Assembly: GCA_016748015.1 (NCBI GenBank)
Contig: JAAOMT010000299.1
Coordinates: 338,166-402,165 of the forward strand
Length of the DNA stretch: 64,000 nucleotides
Reading direction: 5' to 3'
Source: Geosiphon pyriformis uo1
Taxonomy: Eukaryota > Fungi > Glomeromycota
Shown piece after piece: positions 14,646 to 29,085 of the stretch (the first letter of the stretch is position 1; every line of letters begins with the position of its first letter). The position numbers were made by a program, and so were the translations under genes. The notes below the pieces were generated by a model, which was given only the letters and a program-made list of their open reading frames with translations, was not told the origin of the DNA and searched no databases.

Positions 14646-16135
14646 GCAAATTACTTAGTTTGAATATTTTGAACTTTAAAGAGTTTTTTAATTTGTAAAA
14701 ATATTTACATGAAATTTGATCAGATATTATTGAAGTGTACATAGATAGATTTTTAAATAATACTGGTTTTGCCAAGATTATTAGTGAGATTATAGCTTAT
14801 TTTTCTGTTGTGAATATAAGTATTAATATTAGAATATATGGACTTTTGTTTTTTACTATGGCTAAATTATAGGCTATTGCTTTGTTTTTAAAATATGTTC
14901 TATTTTTTTGTATAATAGCTTTGTATCTAAATAATTAAATTATTATTAATATGTATGTGTTTGAAATTTTGTTTGCTGTACTAGACTTTTATAATTAATA
15001 TTGAGTAGAAAAAAAACATATTAGTGATTTGATTAAAAATAAAATCTTTTAATTAAATAAGTAAAAATTAAAAGTTATTTAAAGATTTTAAACAATATTA
15101 AAGCTAATATAATAACAAATAAAACTGTTTACTTTCCTATTTTTTGTCAATTAGAATGCATAAATACTCTTTATAGCTAAAAACACAGCTGTATTTGACA
15201 ATACTTGTTATTTTGTTTGTAATTTGTATAGATCTATTTGTTAAGTTTATTAGAAAACTGGTTTTGGTCATAATATAATTTCAAATGTGTTTATTAGAAA
15301 AATGAATTGGTTGGTTACTGCAAATATATAGTATTTTAATTTACATATGTTTTTTGGATTTATAAGCAGAAAATTTGTTAATTTGTATACATACTTAATA
15401 AAGACTGTATATAAACAGTTATTAATAGTAATTAGAAAAAAATTATATGACAGAACATATTTAAATATATTGTATTTGTTGTATAATAAAGTAAAACTGT
15501 TAGATTATGTTTTTATTTGTGTTAAAAATAGTAGTATTTATAAGAAAATTTTGGCAGAAACTTTTAAATAATGAATTTTGTTGATAAGTACTTATGTTTT
15601 TTTTATGTTTGTTGTCTTGAAAACTTTTTTTATGTGTTTATTAGATATAAACTTGTATATAGTAATTTGCAAAAAATTAGTGTTAAAAAATTAGTGTATA
15701 AAGACTATTACTGCTTTTAACAAAAAAAATCAGATTGTTTTTGTTGTTATTGAATATATTAGATAATTAATAAAAATACATTATTCAAAATTGTGGCTTG
15801 TGAAATTTAAATATAAATAAAGATAAAAAAAACTGAACTAATTAAAGATAAAAGTTTGATGTCAGACTTGTTTTATAATATGATGACTATATTATTAGAT
15901 AAAATAATTTAAATACTTGGTATTATTAAGTTTTTTGTAGTTAGTTTTAGTAGATACAAACAATGTCTTTTTTTTCTGGTTTGAAATATAATATATGTAT
16001 TTATATAAATATGTAGTATTGTTTTGTTTGGCCCAAGTGGCTAATTACATATAATAAAAACATAAATTATATTTAATTTAAGTTATTTAGTCTAATTTTA
16101 TATGTTAGATAACAGTTGAATTATACTTGTAAAAC
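14646..16135 (+). mobile_element. 3' remnant of a LINE (RNase H, C-terminal region, 3' UTR), extremely mutated
   Basis: Colinear with the reverse complement of ~44636-46100: relics of EVYTDGSL (~14730), MAKL*AIALFLKYV (~14858) and the 3' UTR ggcccaagtggctaattacat...gataacagttgaattatacttgt. Confidence 0.85.
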
Positions 16136-17501
16136 TTAAATAAAAAAAAATAACACTATTAAAATCATATTTTAAAACAGTATAAACAATATAATTATAA
16201 ATTATATACTTAAATAAATTAAGTTTTATTTATATTTTTAATTATAATATTTTAAATTTAAACTAAATTGTTACATGATAATATTTTATATAAGTAATTA
16301 AATTTTTAATAATAATACAAGTTTTTATTTATAAAATTCAAATTATAAACATTAATGCTTATTAATAAAATATATTACAAAATATAATACATATTATTTT
16401 TAACTTAAAATTTTTTGTACATATTAGTTTTAACAATATATAAAGTTTTTTTTATAAAGATAAATTATATTAAAGCAATATAATTAATTTGGCATAATAT
16501 AACAGACTTTATTACAGTTTTTTGCCAAAAATTAATTAATCACAATTTTAATTAACTTAAATTTTTTATACTTAAAAAGTATAACCACTACAGTTTTTTT
16601 TGTAAAGATTTCTCTTTTATAATTAACAATAATTATTATTAAAAATACAAAATTTTATACAAAAATCTTATTAATTTACTGCAATTTCAAAATATAAATA
16701 TTATATAGTAAAATTAAGATTTTTTAATTACTTTTCAGAATATTATGTCTTTGTCAAAGTTAAGATTAATTTACTCTAATGCATAATAAATTATTATTAT
16801 TTAATTTATTAATGTCTATATTGCTTATTTTTGGAAAATTTCAAACCAATTATCTTGATTTTATCTTTTAAAAGTGTTACATTATTTAAGGCTAAAGCGT
16901 TCCAATTTACTTCTTCGAATCTTTCTTGTAAGAACCCCATGAAAAAGTTGCAAGGTTTTCAGCTGATGAGATTTATTAATACATATGACCTTAAAAACAG
17001 GAAATATATCGGTCTTGATTTGTTTTTATAGTTTGTTAAAAGATTTTCGACTAAACATAAATTAAATGTAGATCTCTATTAAAATAAGGTAGGTTTTAAC
17101 AACTTGTTATCGGATGATTAGTTTGCCACTATTTGAGTGTATCCACAAAGAATCACTGGTTATCAATAATAATATATTTTAACTTTCCCAAGTCATCGAA
17201 AAACCTGTTTAAGTTCCTTTTTCTTTGTTTTGGCATTATTATCTGGGCCAATGAAATTTCCTTCAACATCCCAATAAGAGACAAAATTTTTCAAACCATG
17301 CACAAGGAAATCAACAAATCACTTCTAGGAAAATGGATTCATGTTCAGAAATAGGAAGATTTCTCTTTACTGTTTACTCTACAAACCTTTAAAAATGCAA
17401 TTAACCTTTCAAGATCATTCCTTGTAAAGTAACTTCTCTTTTGGTCGGTTCTCTTTTTAAAAACTATTCTCACTTGCGCTTGACGACCTAGTCCTTCTCT
17501 C

Positions 17502-20500
17502 ATGGCTTATCACCCGGCTGTCGAACACTGGGTAGTAGAAGCTAATAATAAACTAAAGCGTATATATTTAGAAGATAGGCGGAAAAATTTTATCACTTGG
17601 GAACATATGGATCTCATGCAAGAAATAGTTTCTGTTGGTACACCGGATAACTTATATGATGTAATGAAAGAGTTTTTAACCAGGTGCCAAAAACTAAGAT
17701 ATGACCAATCATTCCATACTTCACAAACAAAATTACGCAATTTTCTTAGCGAGACAATTTTAAAATTGAAAGTATCTTCAAATTGCGTTCCAGAAATCAT
17801 GCAAGAAATCGAAATTGATACATTCCCTTCCCAACGTTGCCCTTCTATTGATCAGTACGACTGGGGTCATCAAAGATTTGCAACAAATCTGGGTGCATTC
17901 GATACTCCCTCGAGTGTACATCACGCACAAGAAAGTTCTTCATCCAGACTTTTTGGATCATCCGAACCATTCACCATGTCATCAGGGCTCAAAACCATGG
18001 TCGAAGGAAAAACCCCGATAACGTTGTATGATGAACGGCCTTCAAATCAATTTCAGCTTTATCCATTATCAGGAAGTCCCCGTAACAATTCGCATATCTT
18101 TGCCAATAATTCTAAAACATCTCTATGGTATGCTCCAGGAAATGCTCGTCTAGAATGGTCCCCTAACCACTTGGAACATTTATCAAGGTTGGAATATTAT
18201 AAAACCTTTGAGATTGCTCGCTATATGAAACCTTTTGGGAAACTCGATGGGAATCTGATTAATTGGGACGCTCTAATTAAAATTCCTCTTACCGAAATAC
18301 ACGACATAATGATCAACTGGTATAAAAAGTATCTACATAAAGATCCTCAACCAATTTACAATGTGTTACCAAAGAGATCATCGAGATATATCACAAATAG
18401 CTCAAATATTAAAAGCAGCATAATTTTGTCAGCAACTTTAGAGTGGAAAGGTCACGCACCGGCTCAGCTTACGTTAAACCCCCTAAAAAGAGGGCCCTCA
18501 AAACGAATTTTTAGAAAATACGGTGCTGACAGGTTTCTTAGTCTGAAGCTAGATGCAGATACCCAAAAGTTTGGTAAAGAAGATCGCGAAAGACTCGAAA
18601 AACTTTTGCTCACTCCAATTAACCTGATGGGCCGTATCTTCGAGTTCTTCTATGGCAAAGAAAACACAATATTTTATTTTGCTACGAAGGGGAGAGAATT
18701 GGATTCCGTTACTATCTGTGAGCTAATCAATTGGCATATCCCACTCGAGGAGACCAATTTGGGTTTACCTGTCTCAAAGTTCGTATCCCGAATAGCCCTT
18801 TGTTTATCTGATACAATACCGACAATTTTATTTGAGCCTCACCAAATTCGTCTGGTCTATGACGAAACTTCACCAGATGGCACGTGTATGACTGATGGAT
18901 GTGGTATGATTTCCTTAGGGGCAATGGAAAGAATCGCCGAAATTTTGTCACTTAAACCAACCCCGTGCGCAATTCAAGCCCGAATCGGAGCCACTAAAGG
19001 TATCTGGTTTTTAGATCATGAAATGAAAAAATCCAGTGAAATATGGATAGAATGTCGAGAATCCCAAGTAAAATACGACATAAGCTTGGGTACAGAAAGT
19101 CGAGATTCAGATTCTAATTTAAGAACTTTAGATGTTGTCAAGGTTATAAAGTCACCTTCTTTCGCGGGAACCCTCAATGCGCAATACATAAGAGCCTTGC
19201 ATTGTGGTGGAGTAAAAGAGGAAGTATTTCTCGAGTTGGTAAAAGAACAGATTGAAAATGTGAAATCACAGGTTGTCGATCGCAATGAAATGGCTGTTCT
19301 GATTAAATGGCTTGAAGGGACGGGCAATACAATGGCATTGCGTTTGAGCGAAGATCGACACGCAAAAGTTTTTGAGGATTCGTTCTCTGATGTCATATCT
19401 AATAGTTCGGAGGATTTCGCGGAAGGTCCAATCAGTTCTGGATATCCAAATAACAGATATGAACTTTGTATTCAGATGCTACAAGCTGGTTTCATCCCCA
19501 GTCAATGCCCTTATTTGGCCAAGGAGCTTACATCTATTGTACAAATAGTTTTGAGAACCTTGACTTCTAAATATCGAATTCAGGTTCCCCTTTCACGTGT
19601 TTTAACCTGTATCGCTGATCCGACTAAAACATTAAGACCCGGTGAGATTTTCATTCAATTGGATGAACGGGCTGGGTTAGATAATCACGGCAATAGATTC
19701 GGCGTAATCGAAGGCGATGTTCTCGTTACAAGAACACCATGCCTGCTGCCTTCAGACATGTATAAAGCCAAGGCGGTGTTGAATCCTAAATTAATTAGAT
19801 ACTTCAATCTTGTAATTTTTCCGATTCAAAGTATCCCAGGGGAAGGATCACTCGCAAGTCGCTTGTCTGGTGGTGATTACGATGGGGACACTGTAAGTAA
19901 AAGTTCGAAGTTTTTCAATTTTTTTTTCAAAGCTTAGCATTTATAAACATATTTTTTTTTTAGATTTTTTGCTGTTGGGAACCTCGGATTGTCGACAGAT
20001 TTCATAATAGCCCGGTCATTGAAATTCAGGAAAATGTAAAAAAGGGTATTTCTCAAGAGAAAATTAAAGTCTCTGACATACTCAAGGGTAATGAGAATCC
20101 GAGCTTGGTTTTTCAAAGGCATTGCCTTAACATTCACTTGAACGATCTCTCCAAGAAGCTCAATTTATTCAACCATTTCCATGATTTGTGGTCCGATTTT
20201 TATGGCCTCAACAACACTCATTCTATATATTTGGCCCAAATGTGTGGCAAGCTTGTAGATGCGACAAAACAAGGTCTATCGGTGACGGAGGAAGTTTTCC
20301 TGCAAGACCAGAACAAGCTACGTAATTGTCCGACTCCTATTTGGGTTTATGAACGTAGTTTACATAAAAAAAGAAAAAAAAACAAGGAAAAAAGCCTTGA
20401 AGTCTCTGATGAACCTCCACCAGCGAAGATCAACAAAAAGGGTTTTATGAACGAATTATTAAAAAATATGCGTGAACTGCTCCATGAAGTGAACTATTCG

Positions 20501-21100
20501 CATTTTACAGTCGCACCCAATGTCGAAAATGCTCTTGATACGGATATTACTAGGTTTCATGAACTTGAATTTGAAAAGGCTGCTCGAATAAAACGTGATA
20601 CAGGGATTGGAGATTATTTAGAAGACTTGGAAAATATTGAAGTATCAATTCAAATCCTCGAGGAAACTTTCCGGAAGACATATTCCGGAATTCTGCAACC
20701 CCGAATTCCCGGTACTAATGTCGATTCGACTTCATTATCAAGGAATGAAGAGATTCTTGCTGCCGATCAAGAATTTCTCCAACACTTAATTGAAAACCCT
20801 AATCCGAACACTTACCTTTCGGAAAAATTTCGTTATATGGACCATAATATTGGTTCTCCGGATTTTAACTTTTTAATCCAGCTTAAAGCCAGCATTCTTT
20901 ACACGGTTTCATTTAGTCATAGCCCGACCAAAAAGTGTTGCTGGAAGCTAGCCCTCCGTGCAATTTGTAACATTAAAACTTTGAAGCTCGGGACTTTAAA
21001 GGAGCCAAGTAGACAACATGGACCTATAGGAGGATCTCGTACTTTTACAGAAGATGCCTGGAAAACTCATCGGTTAGATGGTCGATGGGTCAGGAATTAG
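17502..21100 (+). CDS. RNA-dependent RNA polymerase of the RNAi pathway, QDE-1-type (DYDGD); exons 17502-19892 and 19964-21100, ~1175 aa
   Basis: Eukaryotic RdRP motifs YGADRFL, MTDGCGMIS, PCAIQARIGATKGIW, ADPTKTLRPGEIFIQ, VLVTRTPCLLPSD and catalytic SLASRLSGGDYDGD. A 71-nt phase-0 intron (GTAAGT...TTTTTTTAG, 19893-19963) joins in frame to IFCCWEPRIVDRF and on into ORF 20105-21100 (LVDATKQG). No internal stops; CpGs retained. Confidence 0.96.
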
Positions 21101-21519
21101 CAGAACAATAAGGGTCAAATACATACCACTTTTTGCTACAGTAGTTTGTTTACTTTAACGCTCCCTTTATTTTTGTAAGATAATCACTTTGAACTTATAA
21201 TTTACTTTTAGCATCAGCAACTTAGTCACGTTTTCTTTTTCTATCCCATGTATATTGTCTACATTCGTTCACAAATATTTGATTGATTTAAATTCAACAT
21301 TAGATTACATAAAAAAAGAACCCAATGGGTTTTATTAATTGTATTAATATTTTATTAAGCTGACAGCTAATCTCCACTTTTAGTTGACACCAGCCTTGAA
21401 CCTATACATAAAATATATATGCATTACTGGAATTGTTATAGGAGTGGATCATGCATTCTCTATACGTAACCAATCATTTGAATTTATGTTAATGTCCTAG
21501 TTTACCAGCTTTTGGTATT

Positions 21520-23289
21520 TTTAAAATTAAACTTAATTTCAACATTAAGCAGTTTTTATAAAATTATTAATAATTAATATATTTTTATTTATTATTATTA
21601 TGTATATTATTATGTATTGTATAAAAATTTTTTTTAACATAATTTTTATCCAAATTAGCCAGTCAGTTATTAAAAGTTTTAAATTAAGTTTTAAAAATAA
21701 AAGTTGGATTTATTTTATTATTAAGCTTAATTTTATTAATTAATAACAAAAAAACTTGTATTATTAAAATATTAATAAATTTCAAATTTAACTGAAAATT
21801 AATATTAAACAACAAATTAAGTAATGACTTATTATATAAAAGTAAATTAACACAATAATTTTACAATAATAAACAATTTAAAAAAATATAACAAATAAAA
21901 AATAGCAGTTTTATAAATAATTTAAACTTTAATAATATTATTAAAAATATTAACACTTTTTTTATTTAAACTACTTATTTAAATAATAATAAAAATATAA
22001 AAAAAATATAAATAAATTATGTTTAATAAGTTTTTAAATTTAAATTTAAAATAATTAATTATTAATTTTTTTTTCTTATTTTTATAATTATAATTAGAAC
22101 AAAGAGTAAAAAAGTTTTAACATTATTTTTTCTATAGTAACTAATAAAGCTTTAACAAAAAAAATTTTTTTATTATAAAAACAACTAGACAAAACATTTT
22201 AACAATATTTTTTATAAATATTAATAATAAAAAGCTATCTTTAATAGATTTTAAAACATTTTTTTATTTTTAACCAATAATTTTTTTTAATTAAAGTTTT
22301 TTTTAAAAAACACATTAAAATTAATTCCAATACTATTTTTATTTTTTTTAAAAGCTCTAAAATTTTTAATAATAAACTAATTAATAAATTGGTTTTTTGT
22401 TTTTATTTTATAACTACTATTATTATTATTTTTACAAATAATCAAATAAACCAAAAAATTAAAAAACAACAATAGTTATTTGTATTTATTATTATTATAT
22501 TAAGTTTATTTATGATTTCAAATAAAATTTTTTTAATAGCAATTAGTTTTTTTCTTAATATAAGTATTAACATAAATACTATATCTTTTAAAGTAAACTA
22601 AAATCAACTATTAGCTGTATTGCCAAATATAATTTCTTTTAACAGAATATTACTAATTCTAAAAACAAAACAAAACAAAATATATTTTTAAATATATTTT
22701 TAATTAATTAACTTATTAAATTATCTAATCTTAAATATTAAACTGATTAAATAAAAACTAAATTAATTATTTTTTTTTGTTTTTTGGTATTATCTGATAT
22801 TTGGTATTACTTTTAAGATTAAATTGGTTTTGATTAATTTTTTGTTTTATTTATTGTTTAACTTTGTTAAAATTAAATAAGTTTCAAAAAACAATATAAA
22901 ATTGTTTTATGTAAATTTTGTTTTTAATATTTTTTTAATTGCTATTATTAAAATTGCTATTAATAATTTTTTTTAATTATATTTATAATTATAAAATTTT
23001 TTGTAATAATCTTTGTTTTTTTATTTTTGTATTTTGTAATATTTTTTTAATATATTTTTTAATAATATTAAAAATGTTTTTAGTGTTTTTAGTGTTTTTA
23101 TTTTAATTAAATTTAAGTTTGTTAACTTGTGATAATATGTTATAATTTATTTTAAAAACTTTTTTTCTGTTGTTATTATTCTTACTTATTAATTTATATT
23201 AATAAAAAACAGTATTCAAATTTTTTTTACTTAAATAAAAAAAAATTATTATCTTAAAAAATACTTTTAAGACCAAATTAATTAATCTT
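21520..23289. other. Near-pure A/T desert, probable terminally mutated repeat DNA
   Basis: Very few G or C, no CpG seen, no ORF in the track. Similar tracts at ~16135-16830, ~43030-44635 and ~51400-54330. Confidence 0.7.
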
Positions 23290-26200
23290 TTTTATTTATT
23301 TATTTAATGAGTGAAATTCAAACATTACTTAGTACTATATATCATACAAATGATCTAAATTAGGTGTGAATCATGTATTTTTTACACATAACCAGCCATT
23401 CAGACTAATCAGAACAACACTAGACACCTATATGAACAGAGACTACATTTTCTATACTTGAGAAAAACAAACACGATTTACAAAATTTAAAGCCCACATT
23501 TACTGTCTCAGTTATACCCAATAATTTAACCATGCCAGCTAAAAACATTAAAGAAAAACCTAATATTAGAACAAAAATAAAACCATTACATAGAATCAGG
23601 CCATTTTTTTCCATAAAAGCACAGTGTTTGGTATGCACTAACCAGATATCTTCTTAGAATACAAAACAAAATCCACACACAAAATTCACAATATGTTGAC
23701 TTGCAATCTTAGAATCTTTGAAAACTGAAACAGATTCATAATACCAATTATTAAAAACAAAACCCTTAAATAGTGCTGTGCTAACTGTAATATTAAAAAC
23801 ACAAGTGGACAACAACTGCAAAACACAAAAAAAAGAACAAAATAAACCAGAGTGCACATCCCAAATAGATGCATAAGTATTCAACAACTAAGCATGACCA
23901 GCAGCATTAAATGAACAGAAAAAACATGGTTAGACACCTCAATATTACCGCAAAACAAGCAAACTACACTGGAATAACACTTATTATATAATCACTTATA
24001 CATAGCAACAGGAAGCCAATAATGAAGAGCTTTCATAAAATATGTTCGGGAACCAGCCATCCACTTACTAGTGAAACCAGCTGCCAAGTGAAAATTAAGA
24101 TGCAACATCAAAGATAATCTGAACCAATTAATCTCCACATGCATACTATTCACCATCATTCAAGAACCAGAACCAGTTTCCCAATACACACAATAAACAG
24201 ACCAAAAAACTCTCTGAACAAAATGTCTAGAATTACCAAAAACTACAATACCACCAGCTCTAAGGTAATGTTTACTAATCAAATGAGATAGTGCCAATTG
24301 GAGACAGCAGCCACTTTGGCAAATGTATCAGCATGCTCATTGCCAAAAATGCCAGAGTCACCCCTAATCCTATGCCAACTAACATTTAAATTTTTGTGAT
24401 GAACAGTGCTTACAATGTAACAATGTTCAATCCAATACCGATTTCTGAAATTGAGATAAATCAACTTTAAATCTGACCTATATACATTCAAGGCAGCCTA
24501 GCTGTCTGTGAACAGATCCACAAAATAAGAAGAGGAAACACACTCAAGAGCCAAAGCAATAGCTTGTAGTTCTGCTATAGTGGAAGACAACAGACCAAAA
24601 ACCCATACACTTAAACCCAAATCAACATCTTAAAAAAAAACAGCTGCACCAGCTTTTACACCAAAAGTTCCCAAGCCACTCAAAGATCTATCCATATAAA
24701 CAGAGAGACAATTTGTATTAACATACAGCAGATTGTTTCTGATGATACCAAACTTATAAGACTGCAAAATATCCAAAGAACCATGACTATCCAAAAGTGG
24801 AGAACTGATAAAGAATAGTAACACTACCAAAAAATTGAACAGAAAGTTTAAACCAAATAAGAATAGGGCCATGGAAGTCCAATTACTTTTACTGCTTAAA
24901 GATTCTCTATTTAAAAACAGCACCACTCTAGTCATACAGCTGGTTCACAAAAACAATACCATAACATTAAAAGGAAGAGACACACTTAAGATAAGTTGAC
25001 TTACCAAAGACAAGAGACATAGGAGTTTTACTCTAAAAATGAAAAACACTGGCCAGAGAATCACCCAAAAACAAATCATACTTAAAGAATATACACACCA
25101 TACTCACCAGAAAGTTATTTGAAAGGTTGACATTAACACAAGCTAAAAACTGTAAAAAGTGAAGTGAATGCCAGCTGAGAACCTAAAAATCATGTAACCT
25201 ATAAGAAAATAACTTGCCCAAAATACCAACTGAATTTGCAAAGGAAACAACTGAGACAGATTTGCTTTTAGCTTGAACTTACTTAAACATTTTTAAACTA
25301 TACAAAGAAGGATAATAAATCATGTAATTAGGGAAATTGAATAGCAAATTAGACTTAGACTTCAAGCTCTTGTAAATGAGAGCATTCTATTTATTATACA
25401 CACTAATAGGAATAAAACTGAATTGAGTCCTATAACTTATGATTAGATAAAGGACTGCAGACACCAAATATGCAAATTGTTTATCTGAAATCGCCTTCCT
25501 TAAAACAAAATTGACAAAAAATTGAACATTTAAATAAGCCTTAGCCAAGCTAGGTTTTGACAAACTCTCAAAAGACAAAAAGATACTCAGGTAGTGGTGC
25601 AACTCTCTTTTTTTGGCAACAAAAATAGGCAAACCACTGATAGTTAGATAAAGATTTTTGATCTGACAGTTAATAAGAATGATCACAGTTTTGTCATTAT
25701 TGATGGAAATATTATTAAACCAAAAAAATTCACTTGCAACATTAAGAATATATTATGTAGCAGCTTGATTACTACCAACTCAAATCATATTATTGACAAA
25801 AGCACTAGCAGCAAAAAATGAAGTCAACCCAGTCTGAGATTTTGCTTTGCCAGTTTTGGAAATAAAATAAAAATTTAATCTATAATTACACATATTTTCT
25901 TGCCTCTTAACCTCACACAGAAGTGGATTATAGAATATATATCACAGAAAAGACGAGAAAATCTTCTTTTGATCCAAACCATCATGAACATAATACTTGC
26001 CAGTCAGACTGAAATCTGTCATTACTTTGTTAACATGACCATTGTGAAAACTTCCAAAAAATCTAATAAATTTGTTACACATCTTGATTCTTGTCAAACT
26101 TTTTCTAAGATGTTCCTAACTAACAGAGTCATAAGTCTTATGCATGTTCTACAAAACCAGCCAAAGTTTTTGGTTCTTCTCCAAAACATCTTTAATAACA

Positions 26201-29085
26201 GAACCAATAGCAAAAATAGAAGATTGTATTATCATACTTCTTAAAACAAAAAAGTTGTTCCCATAGAAAAAATTAAAAATGCTGCAAGCCAGAGAAATTT
26301 TGTTAGAAAGAATTTTAGAAAAAACCTTATGGGCTGTTTCAATCAAAACAATAGGATAAGTATTTGTAAAAACACTCTCCTATTTATAAGGTTTGAGAAT
26401 TATTAAGATTCAAGCTTCTTTTCAAAGCCCAGACACTGATTCACAAATCAAATAAAAGTTTAAAAGCACCAACAGCATATCCAATACCAACTTATCACAA
26501 TGCTTTCACAACTTATTTGGAATGCCAAAAAAACTGGTTGTTTTCTCATTCGGCAGATTCAAGACTACAGCAAACATTTCATCAAATCCAATTGGACACA
26601 TTACACTAAAAAAAGCACCATCAAAAACATAATCCAAAAGCTAATATTGGTAAGACTAATTATTAGAAATATCAGATACCACTTTATACTTTTTAGTCCA
26701 TCTCTCTATGATTATATCCACTTTAGATTTAACTAAATCTGGCTCCAGTATCAATTTATTATTTACAACCAAATAATTCAGCACTACCTTACAAAAAAAA
26801 TGTTCTAAAACATTTCTGATGGTGTAACTCTTATCCAACTTAAAATTTTCTATTCTTTTATTAATAGCTGTCTTGATGCAGAACTCCTTTGTATGCTTAG
26901 ACTTCATCATTTTAGAAGAATAATAGGACTTCCTTGCCTTAGCCAGAGCTGAGCAAATCATGTCAAAATTAGATTTCAAAAGAAACAAAGATTTTACTAC
27001 CAATGCACTAGCTGCATTAAGTCCATTCCATGTATCTAATAGTGCTGCAAAATCCTTACTAGAAACCAAATGAGAAGTCTTAACCAACTTAAATACCAAC
27101 AACTCCAGTTTATGAAACCTAGAAAACTTCTTGGTAAAAACCTTATCATAATCTCTAAACCATTTTATTTGAATATTTTATTAGCCAAAAGAGTTATTGT
27201 TTTGTGAATAACATTCCACATTGCACCCAGATCTGAAAACTTCACAGAGACTGCAAACTTACCAGAGAAAATTGCTGTATTGACTGCCATAACATTCTTG
27301 AAATTGTTCTATTTTGTATCATAAGCACTTTTAAAATCAAATTTTCATTGGTTTCTATTAACTTGCCTGTGAATAGAGTTTAACTGCACATTCAAAAGCC
27401 CATCCAAACCCACAGACACAAAAATCACTTGGTGATCAGTATCAAAATGTTTACCAACATCCAAAACATTGTGATTCACCATTACATTAACTAAATTTGA
27501 AGAAATAAATATGTAATCAATTGTTTTTTTTGAATTCTTTGAATTATTCTAAGTTAGAATCTTTGCAAACAGACTTTTTAACAAAGAATTGACCAGCCCC
27601 AAATTGAAATACTTCTTGAAACTCGCACATTTGCTGGAATCATCATTATTGAAATCTTTCCCCAATATAATAAAAGATGACTCATTTACAGTCTGAGTTA
27701 TTAGAGAATTAATATCACCAGCCTGAAAAAAACAAACAGCCAGGAAAGCACCAGCATAAAACCCTAGGATCAAAACAAAAAGTTTATTCTTGAAAAGCAA
27801 CTTGATGAAAAGAAGCCAGCCAGGCACCTCAAAAATCTTATACACATAATAAGCCAAAGAAGCATTCATGATGATTGTCACTCCAGCACCAAGAAACCCC
27901 TTGTCCAATCCAGATGAGAAAACTCTAATCCCACTAAACCTATTCTTAATCCATAGCTTACAACTAGACCTCAATTTTGTTTCTGTAACAATTGAAACCA
28001 AATTCCCAAAATCTTTATGCCAACAGACAATGTTCTCTTGTTTGGAAGGAACATTAATACCATAAACATTACACATAGCAATTTTTCACACAAAATTACT
28101 TATTAAAGAGTAAGAAAAGATGATGAACTCAAACCAGAGCACAGACAATCTAATCTTTCCAAAACCAACTCAACTGACACTTTCAAAGCCATTATTTTAG
28201 ATTCCAATCCACCTGTCTTGGTAGTCAAAACCTTAGAGTTACTCAAGCTAAAATCAGCAATTGTGTCCACAACAACCAAAAGAGGGGAGATGAAAAATGT
28301 CAACATATTATTAAGAGTCATATCTAAATTCAAATTAGAGGCCAAACATGCTTGAGTAACTAGAGAGAATACATGAGGTGCATTTGCCAAAAGCACCAAC
28401 TCAACAAAGCTTAGCTTTTTCATGATAATAGAAATTTGATCTGACAAAAGCTCCAAAAAACATTTCAAAGAAACCAAATAATTAACCAAACAAGAATCAT
28501 CAAGAGAATTAGGAATCATTAAAATGAGTTTTGCATCTGAAGACACACCAGCACCAAAAAAGTCTGATAAGATAGCATGAGCGGAAAAACCACCAGCAAT
28601 CTGGATCCAAGTCTTGCCACCAAAAAAAACTAGGTGTTTGTTTCTTTTTATAAATGTTGACCAAATGAACACAATTCTGAGAAGTTACTACCTATTTACC
28701 ATGACCATCAGAGTTTCCATCAGCCAAGCACACATCAAAGATATGACCAAATTGTTCACACTTAGCACAACAAGCCAGAGAAAAACCAGCCCAGTGTAAA
28801 TTCATACTCTTAAACACTGGCAAAGAACCAATAACAGCATCCTTCAACTTCTTAAAATCAAAACAGACAACAGCACATCTATTATAAACATATGAAACTA
28901 GATTATGGCTAATAGTACAGATTTTTCTACCATAAGATGTCAACAGCTTAGACAAATCATGTGCAGCCATACCAATTAGCAAAGTATAGAACAAAGTCTT
29001 ATGATAATCTCTAGATATCCATATTTGTTTGTTATCTACAGCTTTTGCCACATGAACAGAATCTTTTTCCAAGAAAACAGACCAT
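23290..29085 (-). mobile_element. LINE copy A, 3' part (end of ORF1; ORF2 = APE endonuclease, RT, RNase H, C-terminal Cys/His region); pseudogenised
   Basis: ORF1 knuckle CAKCEQFGHIFDVC (ORF 28692-29072); APE CNVYGINVPSKQ..VTETKL..LGKDFN (ORF 27549-28076); RT IETAHKVFSKILS..WLVL; RNase H SVYMDRSL and WHRIRGDSGIFGNEHADTFAK; ORF2 ends VHIGV* at 23420; (TAAA)n-like tail at ~23290-23307. Confidence 0.93.

Noticed and set aside
17502-21100. Endogenous viral RdRP
   Set aside because: The motifs are those of the cellular DxDGD double-barrel family, not viral GDD palm polymerases, and there is a spliceosomal intron.
29081-29085. 5-bp TSD ACCAT
   Set aside because: It would remove the terminal A of the LTR; TGTTA...TAACA symmetry and the GCAC case both favour 4 bp.
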